From positions 207 through 64,206 of the forward strand of contig DASTWO010000067.1 in the NCBI GenBank assembly GCA_035776675.1: 64,000 bases of DNA, read 5' to 3'. Source of the DNA: Bacillales bacterium (GTDB taxonomy: Bacteria > Bacillota > Bacilli > Bacillales > DASSOY01). The position numbers were made by a program, and so were the translations under genes. The notes under the pieces are model-generated. The model was not told the DNA's origin. It searched no databases and saw only the letters and a list, made by a program, of their open reading frames with translations. This document shows, one piece after another, positions 43,491 to 54,741 of the stretch. Within the stretch, counting starts at the first letter, position 1; each line of letters opens with the position of its first letter.

Positions 43491-44690
43491 ATGCCCAAGT
43501 CGTTTTGGTTATTGATTGTCGGAATGACTGTCAATGTTGCCGGTGCATCGTTGTTGTGGCCGTTAAACACCATTTACATTCATGGAGAATTGGGGAAATC
43601 GCTTGCGCTTGCCGGAGTGGCTCTTATGTTTAACGCCGGTGCGGCGATTGTCGGTAATCTCATCGGCGGGAGTTTGTTCGACAGCATTGGCGGCTATAAG
43701 GCTATCCTCGCCGGGATTTTTTTGTGTACGTTTGCGGCCGGAATGTTGATTTTCTTCCACAGTTGGTGGTTTTATATTATTTTTCTGGTGGTTCTTGGCT
43801 TTGGTTCGGGGATGGTCCGTCCCTCAATGTTTGCATTGGCCGGGTCGGTTTGGCCGGAAGGCGGACGCAAAGCGTTTAACGCGATTTATGTGGCGCAGAA
43901 TCTTGGTGTGGCGGTCGGTGCCGCTGCCGGCGGATGGATCGCTTCCTTTTCTTTTCAAAGTGTATTTACAGTGAATATGGCTATGTATGCGATTTTTCTC
44001 TTGATTGCGTACTTCGGTTTTCGTCGTTTTGACGGTGAAGGTGAATCAGCTATTGCGGTCGGAAGGCCGCAATCGAAATCAGCTGGTATTCGTGATCGCA
44101 CCCGATTTACGGCGTTGATGATACTGAGTGCCGTCTTCTTTCTTTGCTGGATGGCATATGTCCAATGGCAGTCAACGATTGCGGCTTATACTCAGGAAAT
44201 CGGTATTAGTCTGAATCAATATAGCTTGCTCTGGTCAGTGAACGGGGCGTTGATCGTTCTTGGCCAGCCATTGATTGCCATTGTCGTGAAGAAAGTCCGT
44301 TCTCCGAAGTCACAAATGACCGTTGGGATTTGCATTTTCATTGCAGCGATGGCTGTTGCTGCCGGGGCTGAGGGGTTCGTCGGATTCCTTACTGCAATGA
44401 TCATCCTCACTTTTGGCGAAATGCTAGTATGGCCGGCGGTTCCAACCGTCGCTCACGAAATGGCGCCAACCGGCAGGGCAGGTTTCTATCAAGGATTCGT
44501 GAACAGTATGAAAACGGCTGGGAAAATGGCAGGACCGCCGCTCGGCGGCATTATTGCAGATCTGTATGGGATGCCAACGTTGTTTTCATTGTTCATGGTC
44601 GTTTTTGGTTTCGCGATCGTGGCCGCGTTGTTCTATGATCGTCCGTTGAAAAGAAGTCATACCACATCGGAAGCTGCCCGATCATGGTAA
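43491..44690 (+). CDS. MFS transporter
   Basis: ATG at 43491 follows GGGGAGGTGG. About 12 hydrophobic helices. Confidence 0.8.
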   Translation: MPKSFWLLIVGMTVNVAGASLLWPLNTIYIHGELGKSLALAGVALMFNAGAAIVGNLIGGSLFDSIGGYKAILAGIFLCTFAAGMLIFFHSWWFYIIFLVVLGFGSGMVRPSMFALAGSVWPEGGRKAFNAIYVAQNLGVAVGAAAGGWIASFSFQSVFTVNMAMYAIFLLIAYFGFRRFDGEGESAIAVGRPQSKSAGIRDRTRFTALMILSAVFFLCWMAYVQWQSTIAAYTQEIGISLNQYSLLWSVNGALIVLGQPLIAIVVKKVRSPKSQMTVGICIFIAAMAVAAGAEGFVGFLTAMIILTFGEMLVWPAVPTVAHEMAPTGRAGFYQGFVNSMKTAGKMAGPPLGGIIADLYGMPTLFSLFMVVFGFAIVAALFYDRPLKRSHTTSEAARSW

Positions 44691-44703
44691 TTTTCTTACG
44701 TGC

Positions 44704-45010
44704 TTGACAAATTATACATGAATGCATACAATACAATTCATATAGTAAATTCGACAAGAACCGTGAAGAGGATCAGTAATGAAAGAAGAAAGTCCAGAGA
44801 GTTGGCGGCCGGTGCAAGCCATCCTTTATTCTTCATGAACTCGCCTCGGAGTTGCGGATGTGAACTGAAGCAGTATAGCATCCGACGTCTTTCCGCGTTA
44901 AGGAATTCTGAGTGAGCGCTCATGCGCTAATTTGGGTGGTACCGCGGAAGGCCCGATCATGTGATCAACCTCTCGTCCCTGATGTCAACATTGGGGATGG
45001 GAGGTTTTTT
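44704..45010 (+). promoter_or_regulatory. sigmaA promoter plus Leu-specific T-box leader of leuS
   Basis: TTGACA (44704-44709), 17 nt, TACAAT (44727-44732). AGAGA element at about 44797. Probable specifier CTC (Leu) at 44840-44842 in the context GAACTCG. Conserved T-box TGGGTGGTACCGCG at 44933-44946. Terminator CCTCTCGTCCC...GGGATGGGAGG followed by TTTTTT at about 44969-45010. Confidence 0.85.
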
Positions 45011-45161
45011 AACTATAAAAGAGGTTACCTAAGATCGTGGCATCCGTGTCACAACGGCGAATGACCCACAGTGGGCACCGCAAAAAACACTTTTCGTGAA
45101 CCCCAACGAGTGGGGCGCCATACCGATCAACCATCGTTTTGAAAAAGGAGGTCATTTTATC

Positions 45162-47582
45162 ATGGCATATGATCATCGTGCAATTGAAAGAAAGTGGCAA
45201 AGACACTGGGAAGAAAACAAAACATACCGTACACCGGATGAGAGTGAGAAACCGAAATTTTACGCGTTGGATATGTATCCGTATCCGTCAGGTGCGGGAC
45301 TTCATGTCGGCCATCCGGAAGGATATACCGCGACAGATATTCTATCCAGAATGAAACGCATGCAAGGATACAACGTTCTTCATCCGATTGGATGGGATGC
45401 CTTCGGGCTTCCCGCCGAACAATACGCGGTCAAAACAGGGAATGATCCGCGTGATTTCACAAAACACAATATCAATACTTTTCGGGATCAGATCAAATCA
45501 CTTGGGTTTTCCTATGATTGGGACCGTGAAATCAGCACCACTCACCCGGAATATTATAAATGGACGCAATGGATTTTTCTGAAGCTCTATGAAAAAGGGC
45601 TTGCGTATATGACCGAAGCACCGGTGAATTGGTGCCCGGAGCTCGGAACCGTGTTGGCCAACGAGGAGGTCATTGACGGAAAAAGTGAAGTTGGCGGCTT
45701 CCCTGTGATTCGAAAGCCGATGAAACAATGGATGCTGAAGATCACCGCTTACGCCGACCGTTTATTGGATGACCTTGAGGAAGTGGATTGGCCTGAAGGA
45801 ATCAAAGACATGCAGCGTAACTGGATTGGCCGGTCGGAAGGCGCTGAAATTACTTTTGCCATCGACGATCATGAAGATGTACTGGAAGTGTTCTCGACTC
45901 GTCCAGACACTTTGTTTGGCGCTACTTACATGGTGTTGTCGCCGGAGCATCCACTGGTAGACAAAATTACAACAGGAGAACACAAAGACGCGGTAGCGAA
46001 GTATCAGGAAGATGTCGCCAAGAAAAGTGAGCTTGAACGTACTGATCTGGCAAAGGAGAAGACGGGGGCGTTCACCGGCGCCTTCGCCATAAATCCGGCA
46101 AATAATGAGAAACTGCCGATTTGGATCGCGGATTACGTGCTGATGTCATACGGAACCGGTGCTATCATGGCTGTTCCGGCCCATGACGATCGTGATTGGG
46201 AGTTTGCGAAGGAGTTCAAGTTGTCGATCCGTGAAGTGGTTTCCGGCGGCGGAAACGTTGATGAGGAACCTTACGCAGGGGATGGAACGCTAGTCAACTC
46301 GGAATTCCTGAACGGGATGAACAAACAGGAAGCAATCGATAAAATGATCGCTTGGCTTGTAGAAAACGGCAAAGGTGAGCGGAAAGTGACGTACCGGCTG
46401 CGTGACTGGTTGTTCAGCCGCCAGCGTTACTGGGGCGAACCGATTCCGATCCTTCACCTTGAAGACGGGACAATGAAGCCGGTGCCGGAGAACCAGCTTC
46501 CGCTGGAGCTGCCGAAGGCTAAAGAGGTGAAACCTTCTGGCACAGGTGAGTCACCACTGGCTAACATCGAGGATTGGGTCAATACGTTTGATCCGGAAAC
46601 CGGACAGAAAGCTCGCAGGGAAACGAACACAATGCCGCAGTGGGCAGGCAGCTGTTGGTACTACTTGCGCTATATCGATCCTCGAAATGAGGAAAGGCTT
46701 GCCGATCCGGAAAAGTTAAAACATTGGCTGCCAGTCGACGTTTATATCGGCGGTGCGGAACACGCCGTATTGCATTTGCTGTACGCGCGTTTCTGGCATA
46801 AATTTCTGTATGATCTCGGAATTGTCCCGACAAAAGAACCGTTCCAGCGCCTGTATAACCAGGGCATGATCCTTGGCGAAGGCAATGAAAAAATGAGTAA
46901 GTCCAAGGGCAATGTTGTCAACCCTGATGAGATTATTGAGTCCCACGGTGCCGATACGCTTCGTCTTTATGAGATGTTCATGGGGCCGCTTGATGCGTCA
47001 ATCGCATGGTCGGAAACAGGGTTAGACGGTTCTCGACGCTTCCTGGATCGCATTTGGCGCCTGTTTGTTTCGGACAACGGTGAACTGAATTCCCGGATCA
47101 CCGATTCGAAAACGGAAGAAACCTTTGAACGAGTTTACCACCAAACGGTGAAAAAGGTAACAGAAGATGTTGAAGGCCTTCGCTTTAATACGGCCATTTC
47201 ACAAATGATGGTATTTGTGAATGAGGCTTATAAGCAAGAGACGCTTCCGAAAGAAATGATGGAAGGTTTCGTTCAGTTGTTGTCGCCGGTCGCCCCGCAT
47301 ATCAGCGAAGAATTGTGGCATAAGCTTGGCCATACGGAAACGATTACTTATGAAGCCTGGCCGGAGTATGACGAAGGGAAATTGACGGAACAAGAAGTCG
47401 AGGTCGTCGTCCAGATCAACGGTAAGGTCCGCACGAAGTTGACGGTACCTAAAGATATGACGAAGGATGAAATGGAATCCACTGCACTGGAAGATGAGAA
47501 AATCAAGGATAACATCGCGGGAAAGACTGTACGTAAGGTAATTGTCGTACCAGGCAAACTAGTTAATATTGTGGCAAGTTAA
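45162..47582 (+). CDS. leuS: leucyl-tRNA synthetase
   Basis: ATG at 45162 follows AAGGAGG. HVGH (HIGH motif) and KMSKS both present. 806 aa. Confidence 0.97.
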   Translation: MAYDHRAIERKWQRHWEENKTYRTPDESEKPKFYALDMYPYPSGAGLHVGHPEGYTATDILSRMKRMQGYNVLHPIGWDAFGLPAEQYAVKTGNDPRDFTKHNINTFRDQIKSLGFSYDWDREISTTHPEYYKWTQWIFLKLYEKGLAYMTEAPVNWCPELGTVLANEEVIDGKSEVGGFPVIRKPMKQWMLKITAYADRLLDDLEEVDWPEGIKDMQRNWIGRSEGAEITFAIDDHEDVLEVFSTRPDTLFGATYMVLSPEHPLVDKITTGEHKDAVAKYQEDVAKKSELERTDLAKEKTGAFTGAFAINPANNEKLPIWIADYVLMSYGTGAIMAVPAHDDRDWEFAKEFKLSIREVVSGGGNVDEEPYAGDGTLVNSEFLNGMNKQEAIDKMIAWLVENGKGERKVTYRLRDWLFSRQRYWGEPIPILHLEDGTMKPVPENQLPLELPKAKEVKPSGTGESPLANIEDWVNTFDPETGQKARRETNTMPQWAGSCWYYLRYIDPRNEERLADPEKLKHWLPVDVYIGGAEHAVLHLLYARFWHKFLYDLGIVPTKEPFQRLYNQGMILGEGNEKMSKSKGNVVNPDEIIESHGADTLRLYEMFMGPLDASIAWSETGLDGSRRFLDRIWRLFVSDNGELNSRITDSKTEETFERVYHQTVKKVTEDVEGLRFNTAISQMMVFVNEAYKQETLPKEMMEGFVQLLSPVAPHISEELWHKLGHTETITYEAWPEYDEGKLTEQEVEVVVQINGKVRTKLTVPKDMTKDEMESTALEDEKIKDNIAGKTVRKVIVVPGKLVNIVAS

Positions 47583-47588
47583 GGAGAA

Positions 47589-47629
47589 AAGGCATCGGCT
47601 GACAGAGTCAGGTCGATGCCTTCTTTTCG
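47589..47629. terminator. bidirectional terminator after leuS
   Basis: AAGGCATCG (47589-47597) pairs with CGATGCCTT (47614-47622), followed by CTTTTC. Confidence 0.75.
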
Positions 47630-47630
47630 T

Positions 47631-48851
47631 CTATGAAGTTTGCCATTTCTCCAATTGTTCATCGCTCGGCAACAGCAGTGCCAATAGGCCGAGCAGCGGC
47701 AAGAATGAAACAGCTGTCATGGTTGAGGCGATTCCGAACAAGTCGGCAAAACGTCCGATCACGATTGACCCGATGGCGCCGAGGCCAAAACCGAGGCCGA
47801 CAATCAGTCCGGAGGCGGTCCCAATATTGCCGGGTAACAATTCCTGTGCGTAGACGACGGAAACCGAGACATTGGCAAGCAAGATCACACCGGTCAATAC
47901 CAAAAGAGGCAAGGCCAGAACCGGGCCAACGTGCGGCAAAAGGATACTGATTGGCGCGGAGCCTGCTATTGAAAGGAGAATGACGTTTCGTTTCCCGATC
48001 TTATCCGCAATAGGACCCCCAATGAAAGTTCCTAACGCGGCCGCCGCCATAAAAACAAAGATGTATAACTCCGCGTGTTGAATAGTGAAATGGTACTCTT
48101 CGATTGTGAAGAAGGTATAGAAGTTCAGCATGGCGGTCCGATACCATGATCGTGCAAATACGAGAAAAACCAAGAGCCCCATAACATAAATCAACCGGTA
48201 ATTAAGGGAGAACCTGTTGTTGCCCGCATGTTGTTTGTTCGGACGCTTTCTAGATTGGAAAGGCAGTTGTTCAGCGTACCATTTGGCAATATAAAATAAT
48301 AAAATAACGGCCATAGCTGCAACAATCGTGAACCAGAGGGCGCCGTCCTGGCCAAGCGGGACTAATATGAGCGCGGTGATAATCGGGCCAAGAGCCTGTC
48401 CTGTGTTTCCGCCGACCTGGTAGATCGATTGCGCAAAACCGCGGCGGCCGCCTGAGGCCATATAGGCGACACGTGAGCCTTCAGGATGAAAGATGGCGCC
48501 TCCAATTCCGATGAAGGCGACGGAAAGCACAACTAACCAAAATGACGGGGCCAATGCCAAACCGACAATGCCAAATAGTGTGAAACATAGGCCGATAGGC
48601 AATGCAAAAGGCGAAGGCTTGCGATCTGTGAACCAGCCGACGAGAGGTTGAATGACCGAAGAGGTCATGTTCGCCGCAAAGGCGATGAGTCCGAGTTGGG
48701 TGAAAGTGAGCCCGAGTGATTGTTCGAGAATCGGAAACATAGCCGGAATCAGTGCGGAAATTGAATCGTTCAACAGGTGAACGGTGGCGATGATCAACAG
48801 GATCGGATAGATGGTCTTCGATTTGTTGAGTGTCAGAGCTTGTCCTTGCAT
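47631..48851 (-). CDS. MFS transporter
   Basis: 406 aa with 12 hydrophobic helices. Confidence 0.8.
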   Translation of the reverse strand: MQGQALTLNKSKTIYPILLIIATVHLLNDSISALIPAMFPILEQSLGLTFTQLGLIAFAANMTSSVIQPLVGWFTDRKPSPFALPIGLCFTLFGIVGLALAPSFWLVVLSVAFIGIGGAIFHPEGSRVAYMASGGRRGFAQSIYQVGGNTGQALGPIITALILVPLGQDGALWFTIVAAMAVILLFYIAKWYAEQLPFQSRKRPNKQHAGNNRFSLNYRLIYVMGLLVFLVFARSWYRTAMLNFYTFFTIEEYHFTIQHAELYIFVFMAAAALGTFIGGPIADKIGKRNVILLSIAGSAPISILLPHVGPVLALPLLVLTGVILLANVSVSVVYAQELLPGNIGTASGLIVGLGFGLGAIGSIVIGRFADLFGIASTMTAVSFLPLLGLLALLLPSDEQLEKWQTS

Positions 48852-48965
48852 AAGATCTTCCCTTTTTTCTACTTATTATATCAAGAAGGCGCCAAAACTA
48901 AATCCACTTTGCTTGACTTTTTCGTCTGAAACGGTAGAATGGCGTGACAGAGGAGGGGACTTCTA

Positions 48966-49277
48966 ATGAATGAAAATGAAATCACAACCGACGAATTAAA
49001 GAAATGGCTTGAGTCAGGGGAACCTGTTTCCATTATAGATGTTCGTGAACAAGAAGAGGTAGATGCTGGAAAGATCCCAGGGGCAAGACACATTCGCATG
49101 AGTGAAATTCCGGAGCGGCTGGATGAATTGGAAGAGAACAAGGAACATATTCTTGTTTGTCGATCTGGCCGGCGAAGTGGCTACGTGACGGAATTTCTGC
49201 GTGAACAAGGTTATCAGGCAAGGAATATGGCCGGCGGCATGCTGGAATGGGAAGGCGAAGTTTCAAGCAAAGAATAA
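48966..49277 (+). CDS. rhodanese-domain sulfurtransferase
   Basis: 103 aa with active-site loop VCRSGRRS. Confidence 0.85.
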   Translation: MNENEITTDELKKWLESGEPVSIIDVREQEEVDAGKIPGARHIRMSEIPERLDELEENKEHILVCRSGRRSGYVTEFLREQGYQARNMAGGMLEWEGEVSSKE

Positions 49278-49339
49278 TGAGGATGTAAGCAGGAATTGAT
49301 GCATCTCCGGACGAAATAAGACGCTGGAGGTGTTTTTTC

Positions 49340-49525
49340 GTGCTTAAGGTAAAGATATTCGATGCCGAACATGAGGCGGATCTTGAAGAAGAAGTCAACC
49401 GTTTCCTGGAAACGATCTCGGAATCGCAATTTAATGATGTGAAATTCCAGGTTGCGGCGGCGGAAGACACGGAAAGCGGAGAGATGGTGTGCAGTTATTC
49501 GGCAATGGTTCTCTATAGAGGATGA
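49340..49525 (+). CDS. cse60: sporulation protein Cse60
   Basis: 61 aa. LKVKIFDAEHEADLEEEVNRFL...SYSAMVLYR parallels B. subtilis Cse60 as I remember it. GTG start. Confidence 0.65.
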   Translation: MLKVKIFDAEHEADLEEEVNRFLETISESQFNDVKFQVAAAEDTESGEMVCSYSAMVLYRG

Positions 49526-49710
49526 GCTATAAAATTTTTTTAATCCATTGAGAGAAAACGAGCCCAAACCATACAATGTTGTCTGGAAGAAAGCATTTTT
49601 CCTTGATGAAAATGGCCGTACGTTGTCCTCAAGGGCAAAATTCTCTACAATAGGAGGAGATGAAGTTCGGTCATTGTCGGATTGGCGACAATGATGTAGG
49701 AGAGAGTTAT

Positions 49711-51360
49711 ATGTCGGAATCACGGTTACTTCGCGGCACGGTTATTTTATCAGCGGCCGTTTTTTTCTCGAAATTTCTCGGTTTAATTTTTGTTATTCCT
49801 TTTGAAGCGCTTGTCGGGCCGACGGGTTTGGCCCTGTACGGGTATGCCTATACGCCTTATACGATCATTTTAAGCATAGCGACAATGGGGGTCCCGATGG
49901 CGATCTCCAAATTTGTTTCCAAATATAATGCATTGGGAGATTATCGGACGGGAAGAAGATTATTCAAGTCGGGGTTGCTTCTCATGAGCCTTACCGGCTT
50001 CATTGCTTTTCTTCTCTTATTCTTTCTGGCTCCGGCCATAGCCCCTTATGTGGTTCATGACGCTGCTAAAGGCAATGATCCTGAAGATGTTGTTCTGGTG
50101 ATTCGACTGGTCAGTACCGCTTTAATCGTGGTCCCTGTTATGAGTGTGATCCGAGGGTATTTTCAAGGGTTTCAATCCATGGGCCCGACCGCGGCTTCGC
50201 AAGTTGTCGAACAGATCGTTAGAATCGGATTTATTCTTGTTGGTGCTTCTTTGGTCATTTATGCGTTTAACGGCAGTGTAACCACAGCGGTAGGGTTTGC
50301 GACTTTTGCGGCTTTTGTTGGCGCGCTTGGCGGACTGGCTGTCTTATTACGTTATTGGAAAAAAAGAAAACCGGGACTCGACCGGCAGCTGGCGCAAAGT
50401 CGACAGGACTCGAATATCCCATATGCGAATATGTATCGAGAGTTGATCACTTATGCCGTTCCGTTTGTAGTGGTCGGATTGGCAATTCCATTGTATTTAT
50501 TGGTGGACGAGTTCACTGTGAACCGCACTATAACGTCCATTTCCGGATTCACTTTAAAGGAAGCGGAGCGGATATTCGCCAACATCAATCAGGCCGTGCA
50601 AAAGCTGATCATGATTCCCGTGTCCTTATCAACCGCCCTTGCGGTCACTCTTGTTCCGGCTATCACCAATTCCTTTACTTCAGGGAATTATCGCCGGTTG
50701 CATAATCAGATGACACAAGCCTTTCAGATTGTGTTGTTCTTAACGATTCCGGCAGCTGTCGGTTTATCCGTCTTGGCTTATGCCATTTATGGAACCTTGT
50801 ACGGGATAGGGGAGTACAACATCGCGGACGTGGCTTTAGGAGGCAAAATTCTGCGGTGGTATGCGCCGACGGCTTTGTTGTTCGCGTTATTCTCGATCAC
50901 GGCGTCGATTCTGCAAGGGATCAACCAGCAGAAATTCACGATCTTCAGTCTATTGGTCGGTTTGCTAATGAAACTGTTGCTCAACCAGTGGCTGTTGAGA
51001 GCATCCCCTGAACTTGGCGCTGTTTTTGCGACGGATATCGGTTTCATCTGTTCAGTTACATTGAACCTCATTGTCATTCGAACGTATGTATCTTACCGGC
51101 TCGGTTTTGTGTTTAAACGTGGCCTGTTGATATTGATTTTCTCCGCTCTAATGGCGATCGTTGTATGGTTAGCCACCATGCCTATTCGGGGAGGCGGAAC
51201 AGTGCCGGACAGCTATGCTGAAGCGATTTTCATTATGATTCCCGGAGTGCTGGTCGGCGGTGCCTTCTATTTCTTGTTAGTCTACCGATCCAATCTCGCA
51301 GGTCAAATATTAGGTGATCGGTTTTCCGTATTGAAACGGAAAAAGGGAGAATCCAAATAG
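49711..51360 (+). CDS. ytgP: MOP-superfamily flippase (YtgP/SpoVB/MurJ-like)
   Basis: ATG at 49711 follows AGGAGAG. MSESRLLRGTVILSAAVFFSKFLGLIFVIPF resembles the YtgP N-terminus. About 14 hydrophobic helices. Confidence 0.75.
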   Translation: MSESRLLRGTVILSAAVFFSKFLGLIFVIPFEALVGPTGLALYGYAYTPYTIILSIATMGVPMAISKFVSKYNALGDYRTGRRLFKSGLLLMSLTGFIAFLLLFFLAPAIAPYVVHDAAKGNDPEDVVLVIRLVSTALIVVPVMSVIRGYFQGFQSMGPTAASQVVEQIVRIGFILVGASLVIYAFNGSVTTAVGFATFAAFVGALGGLAVLLRYWKKRKPGLDRQLAQSRQDSNIPYANMYRELITYAVPFVVVGLAIPLYLLVDEFTVNRTITSISGFTLKEAERIFANINQAVQKLIMIPVSLSTALAVTLVPAITNSFTSGNYRRLHNQMTQAFQIVLFLTIPAAVGLSVLAYAIYGTLYGIGEYNIADVALGGKILRWYAPTALLFALFSITASILQGINQQKFTIFSLLVGLLMKLLLNQWLLRASPELGAVFATDIGFICSVTLNLIVIRTYVSYRLGFVFKRGLLILIFSALMAIVVWLATMPIRGGGTVPDSYAEAIFIMIPGVLVGGAFYFLLVYRSNLAGQILGDRFSVLKRKKGESK

Positions 51361-51378
51361 GGTTCTCTTTTTTTTTTG
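51340..51378 (+). terminator. rho-independent terminator of ytgP
   Basis: GAGAATCC pairs with GGTTCTC, followed by a T10 run (51369-51378). Confidence 0.7.
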
Positions 51379-51407
51379 GCCGCCAAAACCGTTTAGGTTC
51401 AGCTTTC

Positions 51408-51839
51408 TTATTCAGAAGGGAGATTTCTGTCGTACCAGGCAAGTTGCTTTCCGATTCCCATTCCTTTAAGCGGCACTTCATAGTGAAAGCCGTAGCGCTT
51501 CAATTCCGGCTGCAAGAATTTTCGATAGACGAATCCCCCGTGCAAATAGACAGTCACATTATCAGGGGCTTCATAGCTTTTCAGGTCATCCACTACAGAC
51601 TCCGCCCATCGCTTCTTTTCTTCCAGACTGAATGTTTTGATTGACACATTGTAAGGTTCCATGATTTGTTCCGGCAACAAAAGCCCGTCTTTGGCATTAT
51701 AGAAATAGAATCGCTTATAAGATTGCAGAGCGTATTTGACTGATTTCCGAAAAAGTGGACTTGTGTAGAATTCAATTACTGGCGCTGGGTGAGACTGTTT
51801 CTTACGGGCGGTGGCCAACAGGCCGACAGCTGTTTGCAT
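51408..51839 (-). CDS. DUF6884-like protein
   Basis: ATG at 51839 follows AAAGGAGGG. The pattern ...EFYTSPLFRKS...NAKDGLLLPEQIMEPYN...KKRWAE matches my recollection of DUF6884. Confidence 0.6.
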   Translation of the reverse strand: MQTAVGLLATARKKQSHPAPVIEFYTSPLFRKSVKYALQSYKRFYFYNAKDGLLLPEQIMEPYNVSIKTFSLEEKKRWAESVVDDLKSYEAPDNVTVYLHGGFVYRKFLQPELKRYGFHYEVPLKGMGIGKQLAWYDRNLPSE

Positions 51840-52024
51840 AAGAAATCCCTCCTTTCGCTTATTATAGCTCATTTTGATTCGAAAGACTCATAAAGACATC
51901 AAAATTTTTGGTGAAATGTCGGCAAGATGTTTCTTCACTTTTCATTTCGGGTAAATCTAAAGTAAGAAAGACGCTAATCAATCAGCAAAAACATACTGAT
52001 CGAAGGAGAGGGATTGGCTTGATT

Positions 52025-52663
52025 ATGTTAGGAAAAGATGTCATTGATAAAACGATTGTTCATGTTGAAGATGATCAAGAGAAAGCTAAGGTAAAGGATC
52101 TTTTGATCAGGAAGGATCGCCCGGAAATGGCTTATCTGACTTTCGATTTGAAAATCCCATCCGGAGAAATCGGTGAAAATGAAGATGGAAGAGGAGCCTT
52201 GGATACCGTTAGGGCTGGGGGAGGGGTGAAACCCGCTACATGGAATATTAATCAAGGGACAGCTCCACCAGAGGTTACCCCGAGCGCAGGTGGCGAAAAA
52301 AGATTCTTTCTCATTCCAAAGGAACAAATTGAGCGTATCTCCTCCAACGCAGTTGTGATGAGTGGAACGGAAGTTCAGGAAGAATCGCGGGAAATTGATT
52401 GTTATTCCTATTCCCTTCTGAAAGATCGGGAAATTGAGACGGAAGACGGCGAAACATTGGGTAAGATAAAGGACATCGTGATTGAGGAAAGAGAGAAGAA
52501 AATAATCGGCTTTAAGCTTTCCGAAGGATTCTGGGAGAAATTGATAGGAGATGGAACGAAATATATGTCTTATGACGGCATTATTGAATGGAAAGATGAT
52601 AAAATTATCGTGAAAGCATCTGTGAAAGATCAACTTGTCGACGAATACGAACAACTGGTTTAA
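52025..52663 (+). CDS. PRC-barrel-domain protein
   Basis: LGKDVIDKTIVHVEDD and LKDREIETEDGETLGKIKDIVIEE are PRC-barrel-like halves. The start is ATG 52025 or TTG 52019, after AAGGAGAG. Confidence 0.65.
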   Translation: MLGKDVIDKTIVHVEDDQEKAKVKDLLIRKDRPEMAYLTFDLKIPSGEIGENEDGRGALDTVRAGGGVKPATWNINQGTAPPEVTPSAGGEKRFFLIPKEQIERISSNAVVMSGTEVQEESREIDCYSYSLLKDREIETEDGETLGKIKDIVIEEREKKIIGFKLSEGFWEKLIGDGTKYMSYDGIIEWKDDKIIVKASVKDQLVDEYEQLV

Positions 52664-52664
52664 G

Positions 52665-52695
52665 AAACCACGGAAAGCCGTCCGTGGTTTTTTTC
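52665..52695. terminator. bidirectional terminator
   Basis: AAACCACGGA (52665-52674) pairs with TCCGTGGTTT (52681-52690), followed by a T-run. Confidence 0.8.
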
Positions 52696-52928
52696 TATGT
52701 TACTTTCACTTTTTTTTCAGTTGTTGTCCATGTTCCCCGTCTTGGACTTTGCACAAGCTCGTTATACACAAGGATGTTCAGATCTCTTTGAATGGTTCTC
52801 TGGGTGATTCCAAACTCTTCAACAAGTTCCATTGTCGTGACCGTTTCTTTTTCACGGATGAACAGATACATGGATTTAATCCTTGTCATCATCCGGTCTG
52901 TTGAAGCTTTCAAAAAATCACTCCTCAA
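52695..52928 (-). CDS. small DeoR-type HTH protein
   Basis: MYLFIREKETVTTMELVEEFGITQRTIQRDLNIL is a DeoR-type N-terminal HTH. The start is uncertain: TTG 52928, TTG 52913 after GAGGAG, or a downstream ATG. Confidence 0.6.
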   Translation of the reverse strand: MRSDFLKASTDRMMTRIKSMYLFIREKETVTTMELVEEFGITQRTIQRDLNILVYNELVQSPRRGTWTTTEKKVKVT

Positions 52929-53123
52929 TGGTGGTTGAAAGATTCCGAAAAGTTTAAACAGGGCTGATTTGTTTTTAACTATACTAAACTTTCACCCATC
53001 TTTCAATTTGCAGAAGCCTCCCTTGAAACAACCGATCCAACCTTCCGTTAATAATCACCTTCACTTATATCTATCGGTAAAGATCAGAAATTATTCAATT
53101 TAGTGAAAAAACATTTGTCTCCT

Positions 53124-54698
53124 TCACGAAAAATCATGTGACATCCCGACTTCCCAAAGTTTGATACATAAATCGAACAGAAAGAAATCGTCAGGGTTGC
53201 CGAAGGAACGTTTCGTCAGGGTTTCAATTTTGTGGATCCGATAAACAAGAGATTGCCGGTGCAAGTGAAGCGCCCGAGATGTTTTGCTAATATTGCCCTT
53301 ATGTCTTATATATTCTTGCGCGGTTCCCAAGAGGTCAATTCCTTTCTCCCTGTGATAACGATCAAGTTCACCTATCACTTCATGAGTGATTTCCTGAATC
53401 TCCTCATTGGTTGCAAGAATCGAGAGCGCCCGGTACATCGGGATGTCTCCGTAGGCGGTTCTATGACCTGGCCCCTTCTGTTTGGACCCCATTGTCAGAG
53501 CGGTTTGTGCAGATTTATAGCCTTCATGAAAAGTTCCGATGCCGGCCTGATTTTCCCCGATTCCCCAAGAAAGAGAGAAATCTCCGCCATCACCGGTAAA
53601 CCCTTTATCAAGAAAATAAAAAAACGTATGGACCGTGTCCATAATCGCTTCGTCGTTGACCTCGAGAAATACAATAATTTCGTCGTTTCCGTATGTAACC
53701 ATCATTCTTCGGTCCAATGATTGTCCTAAATGAAGAATGCGTTTGGCGGTATTGCGGATTTGCAGTTCCAGCGAAGCTCGGGGCTCCACGGTTTCTGCTC
53801 TTGCAAAGAGACATACATAGGGCACATCAATGTTGAATTGAAGAGATTTTGCCCGCAATCGTGCGCTCTCCCAGGATTGGAATTCTCCACGAGCCAAATT
53901 CCAAACGAAGTCTCCTCGCAACCTGAATTCTGTTTCTTTGACGGCATTATCGCGAAGAAACCAGAGAGCTGCGGCGGTTGCCGCGTGTTCAAGCAGAATA
54001 TTTTCCTGTTCGGCTATTTGTAATGCTTCTTGTACTGGGAATAGAATGGTTCCCTGAATATGGCTGGCAGAGCGGATCGGAATTTGTATGAAATCGGCCG
54101 GTTGCTGAAGAGCCGCATAGCTTTCCCAACTCTGAGCAAGGGTGTCTGAACCATGGCTCATGCCCTGGATGGTTTCGTTTTGATCCAGAATAATGACAGG
54201 TTTCTTCGTCTTTTCTTGAATGAAACGGGCAATGCTGGATAAATCGCCGCCGTGAAGGATGAGGTTCAACAGTTGTTGTTGGGTTTTCTCAGATTGACGG
54301 GCTTCTTTCTGCCTGAGTTCGTTCATTCGCTGCAGGATGGTCTGGGTGATGTCGGCAAAGCGCAGTCCCCACGGAACTTCGATAATAGGGAAGTGATGTT
54401 GTTCCGCCAAATTCAGTACGTTTTCGGGAATGGTGGAAATATGCTGCCCTGTTGCCAGCGCCAATGCAGCCGGTTCAGAGGCAAGAATGTCCTTGACAAA
54501 ATCCTCGAAAAGTTCGGGGTCATGCCCGCATCCGATGCCCGTGCTTAAGACAAGCTCATCTTTGCGAACGAAGTCTTCGACCGGAATTTCGATAACGGAC
54601 ACACTTTCCACCTTGCGGTCCTTTAACGTTTGGTTAGCCGTTTTGACTTTCGATTGTTCCATCATGTCTAAATCGACAATATCCTGTACCGTAAGCAT
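53124..54698 (-). CDS. PucR-family transcriptional regulator
   Basis: ATG at 54698 follows GAGGTGG. C-terminal PucR HTH (ISKTSRALHLHRQSLVYRIHKIETL) and an N-terminal PucR-like sensor domain. Confidence 0.85.
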   Translation of the reverse strand: MLTVQDIVDLDMMEQSKVKTANQTLKDRKVESVSVIEIPVEDFVRKDELVLSTGIGCGHDPELFEDFVKDILASEPAALALATGQHISTIPENVLNLAEQHHFPIIEVPWGLRFADITQTILQRMNELRQKEARQSEKTQQQLLNLILHGGDLSSIARFIQEKTKKPVIILDQNETIQGMSHGSDTLAQSWESYAALQQPADFIQIPIRSASHIQGTILFPVQEALQIAEQENILLEHAATAAALWFLRDNAVKETEFRLRGDFVWNLARGEFQSWESARLRAKSLQFNIDVPYVCLFARAETVEPRASLELQIRNTAKRILHLGQSLDRRMMVTYGNDEIIVFLEVNDEAIMDTVHTFFYFLDKGFTGDGGDFSLSWGIGENQAGIGTFHEGYKSAQTALTMGSKQKGPGHRTAYGDIPMYRALSILATNEEIQEITHEVIGELDRYHREKGIDLLGTAQEYIRHKGNISKTSRALHLHRQSLVYRIHKIETLTKRSFGNPDDFFLFDLCIKLWEVGMSHDFS

Positions 54699-54741
54699 GG
54701 GCATCCACCTCAACTATTAAGTGGAACATAAGATTTGTTCT

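Noticed and set aside
49660-49710. Upstream ATG (49660) for ytgP, and a perfect 9-bp hairpin TCATTGTCG/CGACAATGA (49671-49694) in that segment
   Set aside because: The ATG sits only about 3 nt after its GGAGG. The 17-aa extension is not YtgP-like. The ATG at 49711 has a properly spaced AGGAGAG. The hairpin is real but has no U-tract and no obvious alternative structure, so I cannot assign a function.
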